A stretch of DNA of 64,000 nucleotides from an uncultured Blautia sp. (GTDB lineage: Bacteria; Bacillota; Clostridia; Lachnospirales; Lachnospiraceae): contig CAZGTY010000005.1 of assembly GCA_964528895.1 (NCBI GenBank), positions 245 to 64,244 of the forward strand, written 5' to 3'. This document shows positions 1-9,609 of the stretch, piece after piece. The position numbers and the translations under genes were made by a program. The notes under the pieces were generated by a model, which was not told where the DNA came from, did no database searches, and saw nothing but the letters and a program-made list of their open reading frames with translations. Each line of letters starts with the position of its first letter. Within the stretch, counting starts at the first letter, position 1.

Positions 1-2739
1 CTTTTCCACCATCACATTTTCATCAATTCCATTCATGGCAGAGCTGTTCACGACGGTGTACAGGATATCGTGAGCAGAATTGCGAAGGGCGGTTACAAGG
101 GTCGGATTGTCCGCCGCGTTATCCATCTTATATACTTCGGAATCTGTGTTCAGCCAAAGGTCTGTTCCAGCCTGAAGTCCCGCATCGATAAACATATATC
201 CGCTGTTCGCGGAAGCATAGTCCGTTACCACAATACCGTGGAAGCCCCACTCATTCGTCAGCACATCCGTGATCAGAGATTTATTGGAACCGCACCATAC
301 GCCGCCTATTCCGTTAAATGCTGCCATCATACCACGGCAGTCCGCATCCTTGACGGCCATTTCAAACGGCGTCATATAGAGTTCACGGAGCGCCTGCTCT
401 GTTACGAATGTGGAGACGCCATAACGGCGAACCTCCTGATCATTTAATACCAGATGCTTCAGATAACAGTACATGCCCTTGTTCTGCGCGCCCTCAACCT
501 CAGCCGCGCACATGGCCCCTGAAAGGTAAGCATCCTCAGAATAATACTCAAAGTTACGCCCGCCGAGAGGCGTCCTGTGCGTACCTGCGCCCGGCGCATA
601 CCAGCCCTGCACGCCCACTGCCAGGCCGTCCTCACCAATGCAGTTTCCAAATTCAAGGGAAATGTCGGTATTCCATGTCGCTGCCAGAACCTCCTGATTG
701 GGATATCCCATGCAGTCCACATCGCTCATGATCAGCTCGCCGGAAATGCCTGCAGGCCCATCCTGATCGCTGGACATGGGCTTGGAAATACTGTCGATCG
801 CCATAGTCTGCCATCCGCCCAGACGGACCATTTCAACCATCTCGTCTACCGTCAGGCAGTCCAGAACTGCTTCCCAGCCCTCGTCATCGTAATCTTTACC
901 GCGCATGGTGATGAGATTAATATTCTCACCGGAACCGGTTGTCGGCATCACAGCATCCGGATCATCCTCATATACGCTGTACTGGCTGTCCGCAATGAAC
1001 TCGTCAGTTGCATCTGCTTTATAATTTCCTTTCTCGTCCGCCTCACCATAGAATACCGGCCAGGTTCCCACCCAGTCATTTCTGGAAAGATATACGTAGG
1101 AATCATCATAATATGTGAAGCTGCCTTCATCAAAATGATTGGTGATCTCCACTCCTGTATCTGCATCTGCCGCATAAGTCGTGGTATCCAGTTCCTTCTG
1201 CTCATAGGTTCCTACCAGAGAATCGTCGCCCTCTGCGTCCATTCCATCCGCAGATGTACAGCCCTTTGCCGCAAGAATATTATTCAACGCCGCATGGCTG
1301 TCGCTGCCCACTGCAAAATAATAGGTCCCCTCATCCACAATATAGGTTTTTGCGTTCATATAATCATATGCGCGGAGATTTTCTTTGTCGATCTCCACAG
1401 AAACCGTCTCGCTCTCACCCGGAGCGATTTCTCCGGTCTTGGCGAATCCGCAGAGCTCTACCGCTGACTTCTCCACCAGATTCTCACGGTCGTAATCTGT
1501 ATATGGAGACTGCATATAAACCTCTACCACGTTCTTCCCGGCAGCTTCGCCGTCATTTGTCACAGTCACCTGCGCAGTAAAGGAATCCTCATTCTCAGTC
1601 AGAGAGAAATCACTGTAACTGAAATCTGTATAGCTCAGACCATATCCGAAGGGATACTGTACCTCTTCTTCATAAACATAGGGAGCTTCCCCGCCGGAGG
1701 CATTTCCCTGACCAAGAACCGTATCCTCATACCTGGTCTCATAGTAGCGATAACCGATGTAAATACTTTCACCGTAAATGGTGTAATAATTTTTACAGCT
1801 GTTTTCGTGTTCTGTGTTGTTCCACTGACCGGCGCCGAAAATCTGGGAAGCCGGCGCGCTCATAGAATCAAACGCGTATGTATCCACCAGACGTCCGGAT
1901 GGATTTATTTCTCCTGTAATTGCTTTCGCAATGGACGAAATACCCTCCTGTCCCGGATAGCCTGTCCACATAATACCCTTGATGTTCGGGAAAAACTGTG
2001 AATCCGCCCATCCCATCTCGATGGGATTCGCCGTATTCAAAAGCACCACGATATCATCAAAATTATCATTTGCATATTTCACCATCTGCATTTCCTCATC
2101 GGAAAGCTGAAGCTGTTCCTCCTCCAGATCCTGGGCCTCCTGGGCGGACCGGGAAATCACGATGATCGCCGCGTCGCTATAATCCTTGATGGAATTCGTC
2201 ACAGCGTCCGGGTATTCCTCCAAAGGAATCTCTTTCCCCACGCGGTTTTCAGACTTCTCATACATGGACCAGATCTCCGGATTTACCTCAAAGCCCTCAG
2301 CCTCCAGCGCATCCTTCAGGCTCATCACGTTTGTGGTGTCGATAGCGCCGGATCCGCTTCCCCCGTAAAGGAACTTGGCTGTTCCGATTCCAAAAAGCGT
2401 GATTTTCTGATTACTCTCCATCGGCAGAATATTGTCCGCGTTCTTCATGAGAACGACGCCCTCTGCCACCAGCTGTCTGCTGAATTCGGTCTGATGCGCC
2501 ACCAGATCTTCATGTGAATCAAAATCACTGGTAAAATAGTTGCTGTCTGAGGTTCCGTCCCCTGTGTTCACCACCTTTGTCGTGGTATGTCCCAGCGAGC
2601 GGGTGATAATCGTGGTATATTTCATTGCGAAATAGTTTGCCACAACCACAGCTATCAGGAGAATTGCAAGTACAGTTCCCCAGATTCCCGCAAAAGCTTT
2701 GTTGCTCATGCGTTTTTTGGCTTTTACTTCATTTGCCAT
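1..2739 (-). CDS. Membrane-anchored GH3 beta-glucosidase, permuted domain order (partial; 3' end beyond window start)
   Basis: Not in the ORF track because it has no stop in the window. My translation: ATG at 2739 after RBS GAGGAGG, MANEVKAKKRMSNKAFAGIWGTVLAILLIAVVVANYF (TM), then EGVVLMKN, NPSGRLVDTY, IYIGYRYYETRYED, YPFGYGLSYTDF, EWGFHGIVVTDY (nucleophile Asp), ILYTVVNSSAMNG; frame is consistent over 913 codons. Confidence 0.92.
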   Translation of the reverse strand, partial: MANEVKAKKRMSNKAFAGIWGTVLAILLIAVVVANYFAMKYTTIITRSLGHTTTKVVNTGDGTSDSNYFTSDFDSHEDLVAHQTEFSRQLVAEGVVLMKNADNILPMESNQKITLFGIGTAKFLYGGSGSGAIDTTNVMSLKDALEAEGFEVNPEIWSMYEKSENRVGKEIPLEEYPDAVTNSIKDYSDAAIIVISRSAQEAQDLEEEQLQLSDEEMQMVKYANDNFDDIVVLLNTANPIEMGWADSQFFPNIKGIMWTGYPGQEGISSIAKAITGEINPSGRLVDTYAFDSMSAPASQIFGAGQWNNTEHENSCKNYYTIYGESIYIGYRYYETRYEDTVLGQGNASGGEAPYVYEEEVQYPFGYGLSYTDFSYSDFSLTENEDSFTAQVTVTNDGEAAGKNVVEVYMQSPYTDYDRENLVEKSAVELCGFAKTGEIAPGESETVSVEIDKENLRAYDYMNAKTYIVDEGTYYFAVGSDSHAALNNILAAKGCTSADGMDAEGDDSLVGTYEQKELDTTTYAADADTGVEITNHFDEGSFTYYDDSYVYLSRNDWVGTWPVFYGEADEKGNYKADATDEFIADSQYSVYEDDPDAVMPTTGSGENINLITMRGKDYDDEGWEAVLDCLTVDEMVEMVRLGGWQTMAIDSISKPMSSDQDGPAGISGELIMSDVDCMGYPNQEVLAATWNTDISLEFGNCIGEDGLAVGVQGWYAPGAGTHRTPLGGRNFEYYSEDAYLSGAMCAAEVEGAQNKGMYCYLKHLVLNDQEVRRYGVSTFVTEQALRELYMTPFEMAVKDADCRGMMAAFNGIGGVWCGSNKSLITDVLTNEWGFHGIVVTDYASANSGYMFIDAGLQAGTDLWLNTDSEVYKMDNAADNPTLVTALRNSAHDILYTVVNSSAMNGIDENVMVEK

Positions 2740-2860
2740 TTTCCCTTTCCTCCTCTTTTCATTTTTGTTTTGATTATTCCTTTGCATTTAAATTATTTAT
2801 GTCTGTATCTTAAATAATAAATAATTAAAAATGATCTGCCAAGATATCCGGTCCAGTCGG

Positions 2861-2888
2861 TTGATTTTGCGGCACAATCAGTTATAAT
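2861..2888 (+). promoter_or_regulatory. Putative sigma-A promoter for the AraC gene
   Basis: TTGATT-N16-TATAAT upstream of RBS AGGAGG and ATG 2930. Confidence 0.5.
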
Positions 2889-2929
2889 AAAACTATTTCC
2901 ATTTTATCTTTCAGGAGGAAGATCTGAAA

Positions 2930-3790
2930 ATGCAGCCCATATATGAAAATCTCAGAAATAAAACAGAAACCGGTATACAATATGTATTTTGTACTTTTTC
3001 TGATTCCTACGAGCCGCTCCACTGGCATGAAGAGCTGGAAATCCTGTACTATTTAAACGGTACTCCGGATGTCACGGTGGACGGAAAAACCATGGCTCTT
3101 CCATCGCGGCGGACCCTTGTCATTAACTCCGGACAGATACACAATACCCACTATCACGACACTGCCTCCATGTTTTTATGTATTCACATAAATCTTCATG
3201 AAATGGAAAAATACATTCCGGATATCCGCCTCTATCATATTGACTGCCGTCCGGATTCCATTCCTGTGGAGAAAACAGATGAATATCTGGAAATCGGCCT
3301 CCTGCTGGAGAGGATCACCCGGCTTTATATGCAGGAGGCTCCAGCCATTTCTCTGGAAGCTTCCGGCCTGATCCTTCAGGTGTTCGCAAAGCTTATCCGC
3401 CATTTCTCCAGAAAAACGCTTGCACAGGATGTCTATGGAGATGAGCGCTCCAGGCGACGTATTCAGGATATCATCTCCTATATAGAAGCTCATTATCAGG
3501 AGCCCCTCTCTTTGGATGACATTTCCGACCATATGGGTCTGAGCAGGGAATACTTCTGCCGCTTTTTCAAAAAAAATATGGGAGTCTCCTTCCTTCAGTA
3601 TTTAAACGAGGTACGGATCACCAATATTTATCACGACCTGATTCACACGGATATTCCCATCTCGGAGCTGCTGGAAAAACACGGCTTCGTAAACCAGAAA
3701 TTATTTAACCGGGTTTTTAAAAGGATCTATGGCTGTCCACCCTCTCATATCCGGAAATACGGCCCGAGGCAGGCGGTCACGTTTTCCTGA
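2930..3790 (+). CDS. AraC-family transcriptional regulator (cupin + double HTH)
   Basis: PLHWHEELEILY cupin; C-terminal LSREYFCRFFKK...HGFVNQKLFNRVFKRIYGCPPSHIRK. Confidence 0.93.
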   Translation: MQPIYENLRNKTETGIQYVFCTFSDSYEPLHWHEELEILYYLNGTPDVTVDGKTMALPSRRTLVINSGQIHNTHYHDTASMFLCIHINLHEMEKYIPDIRLYHIDCRPDSIPVEKTDEYLEIGLLLERITRLYMQEAPAISLEASGLILQVFAKLIRHFSRKTLAQDVYGDERSRRRIQDIISYIEAHYQEPLSLDDISDHMGLSREYFCRFFKKNMGVSFLQYLNEVRITNIYHDLIHTDIPISELLEKHGFVNQKLFNRVFKRIYGCPPSHIRKYGPRQAVTFS

Positions 3791-3891
3791 AATCCCAGCG
3801 AATATCAATATCGACTTAATTTTAGTCAAGCAAACCCCTTATCTTTTCTGTTTTTATGCCATATGATAGGTATCGTAGAAATCAAGAAAAA

Positions 3892-3921
3892 CATAACTGA
3901 AGATGAAACAATGATAACTGA
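3892..3921. promoter_or_regulatory. Candidate LytTR-type operator (9-12-9 direct repeat)
   Basis: cATAACTGA (3892-3900), 12-bp spacer, gATAACTGA (3913-3921); the minus strand reads TCAGTTATC-N12-TCAGTTATG. Confidence 0.55.
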
Positions 3922-3979
3922 CAACCATTCTGTAATAAAACAGATTAAAAATTTGAAAAGAAAGAAGAGGTAATTGACT

Positions 3980-4333
3980 ATGAAAAATAATATGATGAAG
4001 ACTTTATTAACCGTTTCAGCGCTGTCGCTGACCATATCTGCCGGCTGCGCCGCTTTTTCAGTAAACGCTGCGGCCGCGCAGGAAGCGGATAAATATCAGC
4101 GCATTTCCTACACCAACAATTCCGGCAAGACATTTAACATTCTGATTTCTGCAAATGACGAAGAGACCGAATTCCATCTTCAGTTTGATTACTATGGACT
4201 TGACGCCGGCCTGGACGCAGAAAAGACAGGCAACGACCGGTACTACATTGTAAACGGTGACTTTTTCCAGACTTCCGGTCAGGAGGTAATTAAAAAAGCA
4301 GTTGCCCTGGATAACTGGATCGAAATCCGCTGA
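3980..4333 (+). CDS. Small secreted protein carrying one copy of an unnamed ~85-aa domain
   Basis: RBS GAGGT; signal peptide ending VNAAAA; mature part aligns by eye with the repeats of 12734..13795. Confidence 0.8.
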   Translation: MKNNMMKTLLTVSALSLTISAGCAAFSVNAAAAQEADKYQRISYTNNSGKTFNILISANDEETEFHLQFDYYGLDAGLDAEKTGNDRYYIVNGDFFQTSGQEVIKKAVALDNWIEIR

Positions 4334-4362
4334 GGCAGCTGCTTGCTCAACTAATATTTATG

Positions 4363-4390
4363 GCAGGCGGCAGATTTATTTGCCGCCTGT
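4363..4390. terminator. Hairpin between convergent genes
   Basis: GCAGGCGGCA-gatttatt-TGCCGCCTGT. Confidence 0.65.
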
Positions 4391-4408
4391 TGTAACATCA
4401 AAAACAAA

Positions 4409-5719
4409 TCAGGGCAGAGGGATGAGAATGGTCATTGTGAATATTCCGTCATCTGCTTTTACATGAATGCTCCCGCCGTATTTTTCCGCCATGGCTTTGA
4501 TGCTCCGCACGCCAAAGCCGTGGCTTCCTTTATCTTCCTTGCTGGTTTTCGGAAGACCGTTTTCAAACTCGATCTTTTCCGCATAAGCATTTTCCACCTG
4601 AATTAACGCAAATAAATCCCGTTTCCAGATGCGCACCGCAATTGTCTTCCAGGTTTCCGGCGCGCATTTTTCCACGCCCTCCACCGCATTATCCAGCACG
4701 TTTCCCATGATGGTATACAGGTCCACCACATCCATGAAAGAAAGCAGCCTTCCATCCGCCACACAGGTCCATTCAATATCATGCAGCCTGCAGTACAGGC
4801 TTTTTTCCATGAGGATCGTATCCAGAGCCTCATTGCCCGTGCCGGCTCCGCTGTCATAAACCTCAATCATATTCTGCACGTCGCGCACAAAGGATTCTTT
4901 CTGCGCGGAACTGCTATCCGTCTGGGCCAGCGCCGCGATCTGATGCTTCATATCATGGCATTTCCGATTGATCAGATCGATGTTCTCCTTTGACATCTCA
5001 TATTGCATCTGACGCTGTTCCCACATACTCTGATTCTGATCCAATCGATGCACCGCCCGAAGTTCATTTCTTTGCATAAGCTGCAGCGCCAGGAAAAACA
5101 CACAGATCACGATGGCATAGAGCTGTGAAAAGCAGAAAAGTCTCGAATACTCTTCCGTGACGCTCCTCGCTCCGCTCATCTCTACAGTCGTGCTTTTCAC
5201 CAGAATACTGAGAAACAGCACGATCACCAATACCAGCGCAGCCGTCAGAAGCGCGTTTGCCCCGGTCACTCCATAGCACCCGTTTTCCTGCAGTTTCTTT
5301 GCAAATATAAAAAATACCAGAGCATAAACAACAAAATAGACTGCGTAATACAGCCACCCGCTCCAGGCCGGCATACTTCCCTGAAAGCTGAACAGAATAT
5401 AGAGGGTGGAAGCTATGTGCTGAGAAACATATCCCAGGCTGGCACAGTATAATGCATCATAAAAACTTATTTCGCAGCATAGATAACAGAGCAGTATCAC
5501 CACCGCATATACAATGACAAACCATGCCCAATTATACCACTTTGTCAGTTCCCGGAAAAATGGATGGATAAATAATGCGCACAAAAACAGCACGCCGACG
5601 CTGGCAGCCAGACGCATCCAAAATCCTTTTCTCTTTTTCAGGTATACCATAAAAATCAACGCTGCAGCCAGCATTTCCATGCAATAGGAAAAGCTGCTCA
5701 GGCCTTCCATCCAATCCAT
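4409..5719 (-). CDS. GHKL (AgrC/VirS-like) membrane sensor histidine kinase
   Basis: About 7 TM segments; H-box RKCHDMKHQI; N-box GNVLDNAVEG; G-box HGFGVRSI. Confidence 0.92.
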   Translation of the reverse strand: MDWMEGLSSFSYCMEMLAAALIFMVYLKKRKGFWMRLAASVGVLFLCALFIHPFFRELTKWYNWAWFVIVYAVVILLCYLCCEISFYDALYCASLGYVSQHIASTLYILFSFQGSMPAWSGWLYYAVYFVVYALVFFIFAKKLQENGCYGVTGANALLTAALVLVIVLFLSILVKSTTVEMSGARSVTEEYSRLFCFSQLYAIVICVFFLALQLMQRNELRAVHRLDQNQSMWEQRQMQYEMSKENIDLINRKCHDMKHQIAALAQTDSSSAQKESFVRDVQNMIEVYDSGAGTGNEALDTILMEKSLYCRLHDIEWTCVADGRLLSFMDVVDLYTIMGNVLDNAVEGVEKCAPETWKTIAVRIWKRDLFALIQVENAYAEKIEFENGLPKTSKEDKGSHGFGVRSIKAMAEKYGGSIHVKADDGIFTMTILIPLP

Positions 5720-5788
5720 CTCATCCCTCCATACGGCTGCCAGGAAACCCTGCAGCCCTCTGTCTTCCCCACCGGTTTTCCACCCGGT

Positions 5789-6493
5789 TCACAGATTCGC
5801 TATGTAATCTGCCAAAGCCTGCACAAAGCCTTTTTTCCGTGCGCGGCTGATCTGGAGCTTCTCTGTTCCCACAAGCGCAAAATTATCTTTTATCCCTTTT
5901 ACATGCCGCAGATTTACAAGATAACAGGTGTTGCATTTTTCGAACCCGTTTTCCAGCAAAAGACTCTCCGCCTCCTTTAAGGAGCTTCGGACACAGATTT
6001 CCTCCTCTGTGGTGTGATAAACCACCTGGTGACGCACCACCTCCACATAAAGGAGCTTTTCCACAGGGATGCGGTATATATCGCCTCCCGCTGAAACCAC
6101 AATGCTTTTTCCCGAAGGCTGATCCGCCGTCCGCACAATACGGTCCATTTTCAGCGCAAAGGCTTCGTATTTTAATGGCTTCAATATGAAATCCAGCGCG
6201 CCGACCTCGTACCCTTTAACTGCGTACCGCCCTACATTTGTGATAAATACAAGTACTACCTGCGAATCCTTCCGGCGTATGGCCCGGGCCGCTTTCATCC
6301 CATCCATCATGGGCATTTCTATATCCAGAAAAATCACCTGATAGCATGGGCGGTAATTCTCTGTGATTTCTTTTCCGTCTGCATATTCCGTGATCTCAAT
6401 CCCGATGTTTTTTTCCTGGCCATATCTTTTCAGGAATCCTGCGACCTGTTCTCTGCAGCTCTTCTCATCCTCAACAACCGCGGCCTTTATCAT
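5789..6493 (-). CDS. LytTR-family response regulator
   Basis: REC domain (VVEDE, FLDIEM, FILKP) plus LytTR domain (CYLVNLRHV, LQISRARKK). Confidence 0.94.
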   Translation of the reverse strand: MIKAAVVEDEKSCREQVAGFLKRYGQEKNIGIEITEYADGKEITENYRPCYQVIFLDIEMPMMDGMKAARAIRRKDSQVVLVFITNVGRYAVKGYEVGALDFILKPLKYEAFALKMDRIVRTADQPSGKSIVVSAGGDIYRIPVEKLLYVEVVRHQVVYHTTEEEICVRSSLKEAESLLLENGFEKCNTCYLVNLRHVKGIKDNFALVGTEKLQISRARKKGFVQALADYIANL

Positions 6494-6569
6494 CTGTAAT
6501 TCCCCCCAAAATATCTCTTTTCCAATTTATTTGCCTTTTGCGCCGCACACTGCGCCCTCTCTGTCTCAG

Positions 6570-6599
6570 ATTATAGCATTGACAGGTCTTTTGCCACAA
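6570..6599 (-). promoter_or_regulatory. Putative extended -10 promoter for the LytTR/GHKL operon
   Basis: Minus strand TTGTGG...TGCTATAAT. Confidence 0.45.
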
Positions 6600-6715
6600 C
6601 ATCTTAATTAATTTGTTTTTATTATAATTTTATTGTTTTTTTTAAGATTTTCTTTTTTTTTATCTGATAATCTGATATATTGTATGGGAAAAAGTAATTT
6701 ATAGGAGGTAACGCC

Positions 6716-9544
6716 ATGTTTCCGCTGCTGATCATACGGGAGGAAATCATTTGCTTAATTATCCTGATTTTCCTCTGGATCAACGGGCTTTTTTATAAAA
6801 TGGGAAAGGATCATGGCAGCTTTCAGAGAATGCTGATCTATGCCACGGGCCACGTTGTCTTTGATATCGTCACAGTGCTGACGGTAAACAGTCTGGACAG
6901 GTGCCCGTCGTGGTTTAACTATACAGCCCATGTGATATTCTACCTGTTTGCTATCCTGTTCTCCCAGGAATTCTCATGCTATGTGATCGCGCTTTGTTAT
7001 AAGAAGCCGACACAAAAAAGATGGAGGGCCGTCAGTCTCGGCCTGCTGGCATTGTATCTGCTGCTCCTGCCGGTTCTGCCCATCGTATATCTCCAGGGAA
7101 ACGGGACGAATTACAGTCTGGGTCCGGCTGCTTTCATGGGATATGGCCTGGCCATGCTCTATCTTTTATGCAGTGCGATGGTTCTGGCAATAAACTATCG
7201 AAAGCTTGCTTCCCATGTCCGAATAGCCCTGTTTCCCATGCTCACTGTAATGATCGCGGCGGAATGCTTCCAGATCGCAATACCTGAGCTGCTGATAACA
7301 GGCGGCGCAGCTACCGTTGTCACGATGGGATTTTTCTTTTCACTGGAAAACCCGTCGGATGTGTTCAGGCAGAAGGTGCTGATTGATGCGCTCACCGGGG
7401 TGAAAAGCCGCCACAGCTATGAAACCGATATCCGGTTAATGGAAAAGGAGTATGCCAGGAACCCGGATATCTCATTCGGATTGGTTTTCTGCGATATCAA
7501 TAACCTCAAGGCTGTCAACGATATATATGGGCATCTGGAGGGCGACGCATATATCAGCCGCATCGCTCTGATCCTGGTCAGGAATTTCCGGAACGCGGAG
7601 CACATCTACCGTATGGGCGGCGACGAATTTCTTGCGATCTACCGCAATACAGATGAGGCAGAAATCAGGCGGGAGATCGAGCAGATCAACACAGAATGCG
7701 ACGCCATGTCCAGGGAAACTCCCTATCAGCTGAGCGTTGCCATGGGCTGCGCCCTATCCGGTAAAGAGTACCCCACCTTGCGCGAAGTGCTGCGGGTAGC
7801 CGACTATCTCATGTATAAAAATAAAGTCGAGATAAAACGGAATTCCGCTTTCCTGTCAGAGAACGGGCAGGAAGTGAATCTGTCCGCCCTCACTGACAAG
7901 ATTTTTGATGTCTTTGCCGCAACAGGCGAACGGAATTACCTCACCCTGACCAATCTGTCCACCAATGTTACGCGGTGGGCAAAAGCGGCCGTGGACTATT
8001 TCGGACTGCCCGGTGAGTTCATTCACGACAATTACTCAATCTGGCTGGAGCATGTTCATCCGGATGACCGCGCCGACTATTCTGCAGACCTCTACAATGT
8101 AGTCATGGGAAACCAGAAAACCCATGACATAGAGTTCCGTGCGAAAAACAAGGCCGGAGAATATGTGGTCTGTACATGCCGCGGCAAGGTTATTAAGGAT
8201 AAAAAAGGCGGCCCGGATCTGTTCGCCGCCACCCTCGTCAATCACGGAATTGCGGAAACTATTGATTCGTCCACCGGTCTTCACAATGAACAGTCTCTGA
8301 TTCAGTATCTGGAGGGACTGCTTCGTGACGGCAAACACGCATCCCTGCTGTCGGTAGCGCTTTTCTCCTTCAGACAGGTCAATATAATATATGGTTACAA
8401 AAACGGGGAACAGATCCTGCATCAGTTCGCCGAAATCATTAACCGGCTCCTCGATGATAAAGGCCAGGCTTTCCGCACGGGAAGCTCCGTATTCTGTCTG
8501 GTACTGCCGGAATCGGAATCAGAAAATATTCCTGCGCTTTATAATGCCATGCAGGATGCCCTTAAGCACGAAATCACGGTGGATTCCATGACCTTTCCTC
8601 TTCATCTGTCAGGCGGAGCTTTCATCATGGATGAATCCTTTATCGGTGGTATACCCACGATCCGCAACAATCTGTCCTACGCTCTCGACCGGTCCAGACG
8701 GGAAGGGCATGGAAGGCTTGTCATCTACAACAATCTGGCAGAGGCACAGTCGAACGGAAGCGTCCAGCTGCTGAGCGCGATACATAAAGATGCGATAACC
8801 GCACGATCCGGCTTCTATCTGGAGTATCAGCCGATTATCCGGATGGATGATAAGACGGTCAGCGGTGCAGAGGCCCTTATCCGATGGCAGGACAAACAGT
8901 TCGGCAAGGTCAATCCGGAACAATTTATTTCCTGGCTGGAAAATGACGCAAGCTTCTATCAGGTAATGCGCTGGCTCTTTCAGAAGGCCCTCACGGACGC
9001 CGGCCAAATGCTCTCAATTGTGCCGGACTTTGTAATCAATATAAATGTTTCCCCCATCCAGCTGGAGGACGACCGCTTTAATACGATGATAATGGATACC
9101 CTTCGAAATACCGGTTTCCCGCCGCAGCAGATTTGTCTGGAGTTGACGGAACGGTGCCATGAGCTGGATTTTGATTTAATCGAGGAAGAGATCCGATTTT
9201 TCCATAGCCTCGGCATTCGGGTGGCCCTCGATGACATGTGCACAGGCTTTGCCACCCTGGACATTCTGCTCAACTTCAATGGTGTGGACGAGATCAAGCT
9301 GGATCGCACTTTTATTACAGATATCCGCGCACACAAAAAGAATCAGTCCATTGTCCGGCACCTTATCCAGGCCAGCCAGGAAATAGGTTACCAAATCTGC
9401 CTGGAGGGAATCGAAGACGGTGAAACCTTTGAATATCTCAAAGGCCTCGGCGCTACATACTGCCAGGGGTTCTATTTTTCAAAGTCTCTTCCTGCCAGGG
9501 AACTGAGGACCTTCCTGATGGAAAGGCAGCAAGGGCACAAATAG
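6716..9544 (+). CDS. Membrane-bound diguanylate cyclase/phosphodiesterase (TM-GGDEF-PAS-degenerate GGDEF-EAL)
   Basis: Hydrophobic N-terminal ~210 aa; DINNLKAVNDIYGHLEGD, RMGGDEF; PAS WLEHVHPDD; second GGDEF-like domain with RTGSSVF; EAL domain YQPI, AEALIRW, LELTE, ALDDMCTG, IKLDRTF, LEGIE, CQGFYF. Confidence 0.93.
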   Translation: MFPLLIIREEIICLIILIFLWINGLFYKMGKDHGSFQRMLIYATGHVVFDIVTVLTVNSLDRCPSWFNYTAHVIFYLFAILFSQEFSCYVIALCYKKPTQKRWRAVSLGLLALYLLLLPVLPIVYLQGNGTNYSLGPAAFMGYGLAMLYLLCSAMVLAINYRKLASHVRIALFPMLTVMIAAECFQIAIPELLITGGAATVVTMGFFFSLENPSDVFRQKVLIDALTGVKSRHSYETDIRLMEKEYARNPDISFGLVFCDINNLKAVNDIYGHLEGDAYISRIALILVRNFRNAEHIYRMGGDEFLAIYRNTDEAEIRREIEQINTECDAMSRETPYQLSVAMGCALSGKEYPTLREVLRVADYLMYKNKVEIKRNSAFLSENGQEVNLSALTDKIFDVFAATGERNYLTLTNLSTNVTRWAKAAVDYFGLPGEFIHDNYSIWLEHVHPDDRADYSADLYNVVMGNQKTHDIEFRAKNKAGEYVVCTCRGKVIKDKKGGPDLFAATLVNHGIAETIDSSTGLHNEQSLIQYLEGLLRDGKHASLLSVALFSFRQVNIIYGYKNGEQILHQFAEIINRLLDDKGQAFRTGSSVFCLVLPESESENIPALYNAMQDALKHEITVDSMTFPLHLSGGAFIMDESFIGGIPTIRNNLSYALDRSRREGHGRLVIYNNLAEAQSNGSVQLLSAIHKDAITARSGFYLEYQPIIRMDDKTVSGAEALIRWQDKQFGKVNPEQFISWLENDASFYQVMRWLFQKALTDAGQMLSIVPDFVININVSPIQLEDDRFNTMIMDTLRNTGFPPQQICLELTERCHELDFDLIEEEIRFFHSLGIRVALDDMCTGFATLDILLNFNGVDEIKLDRTFITDIRAHKKNQSIVRHLIQASQEIGYQICLEGIEDGETFEYLKGLGATYCQGFYFSKSLPARELRTFLMERQQGHK

Positions 9545-9572
9545 GAAAGCGGCCGACAACGGCCGCTTTCCT
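9543..9572. terminator. Bidirectional intrinsic terminator
   Basis: AGGAAAGCGGCCG-acaa-CGGCCGCTTTCCT between convergent genes. Confidence 0.8.
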
Positions 9573-9609
9573 TTACTGTATTATTATATTTCCACATATT
9601 TTCACATTA

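Noticed and set aside
70-2813. Plus-strand ORFs in the track (for example 577..1467)
   Set aside because: Antisense shadows of the minus-strand GH3, which the track missed because its stop is outside the window
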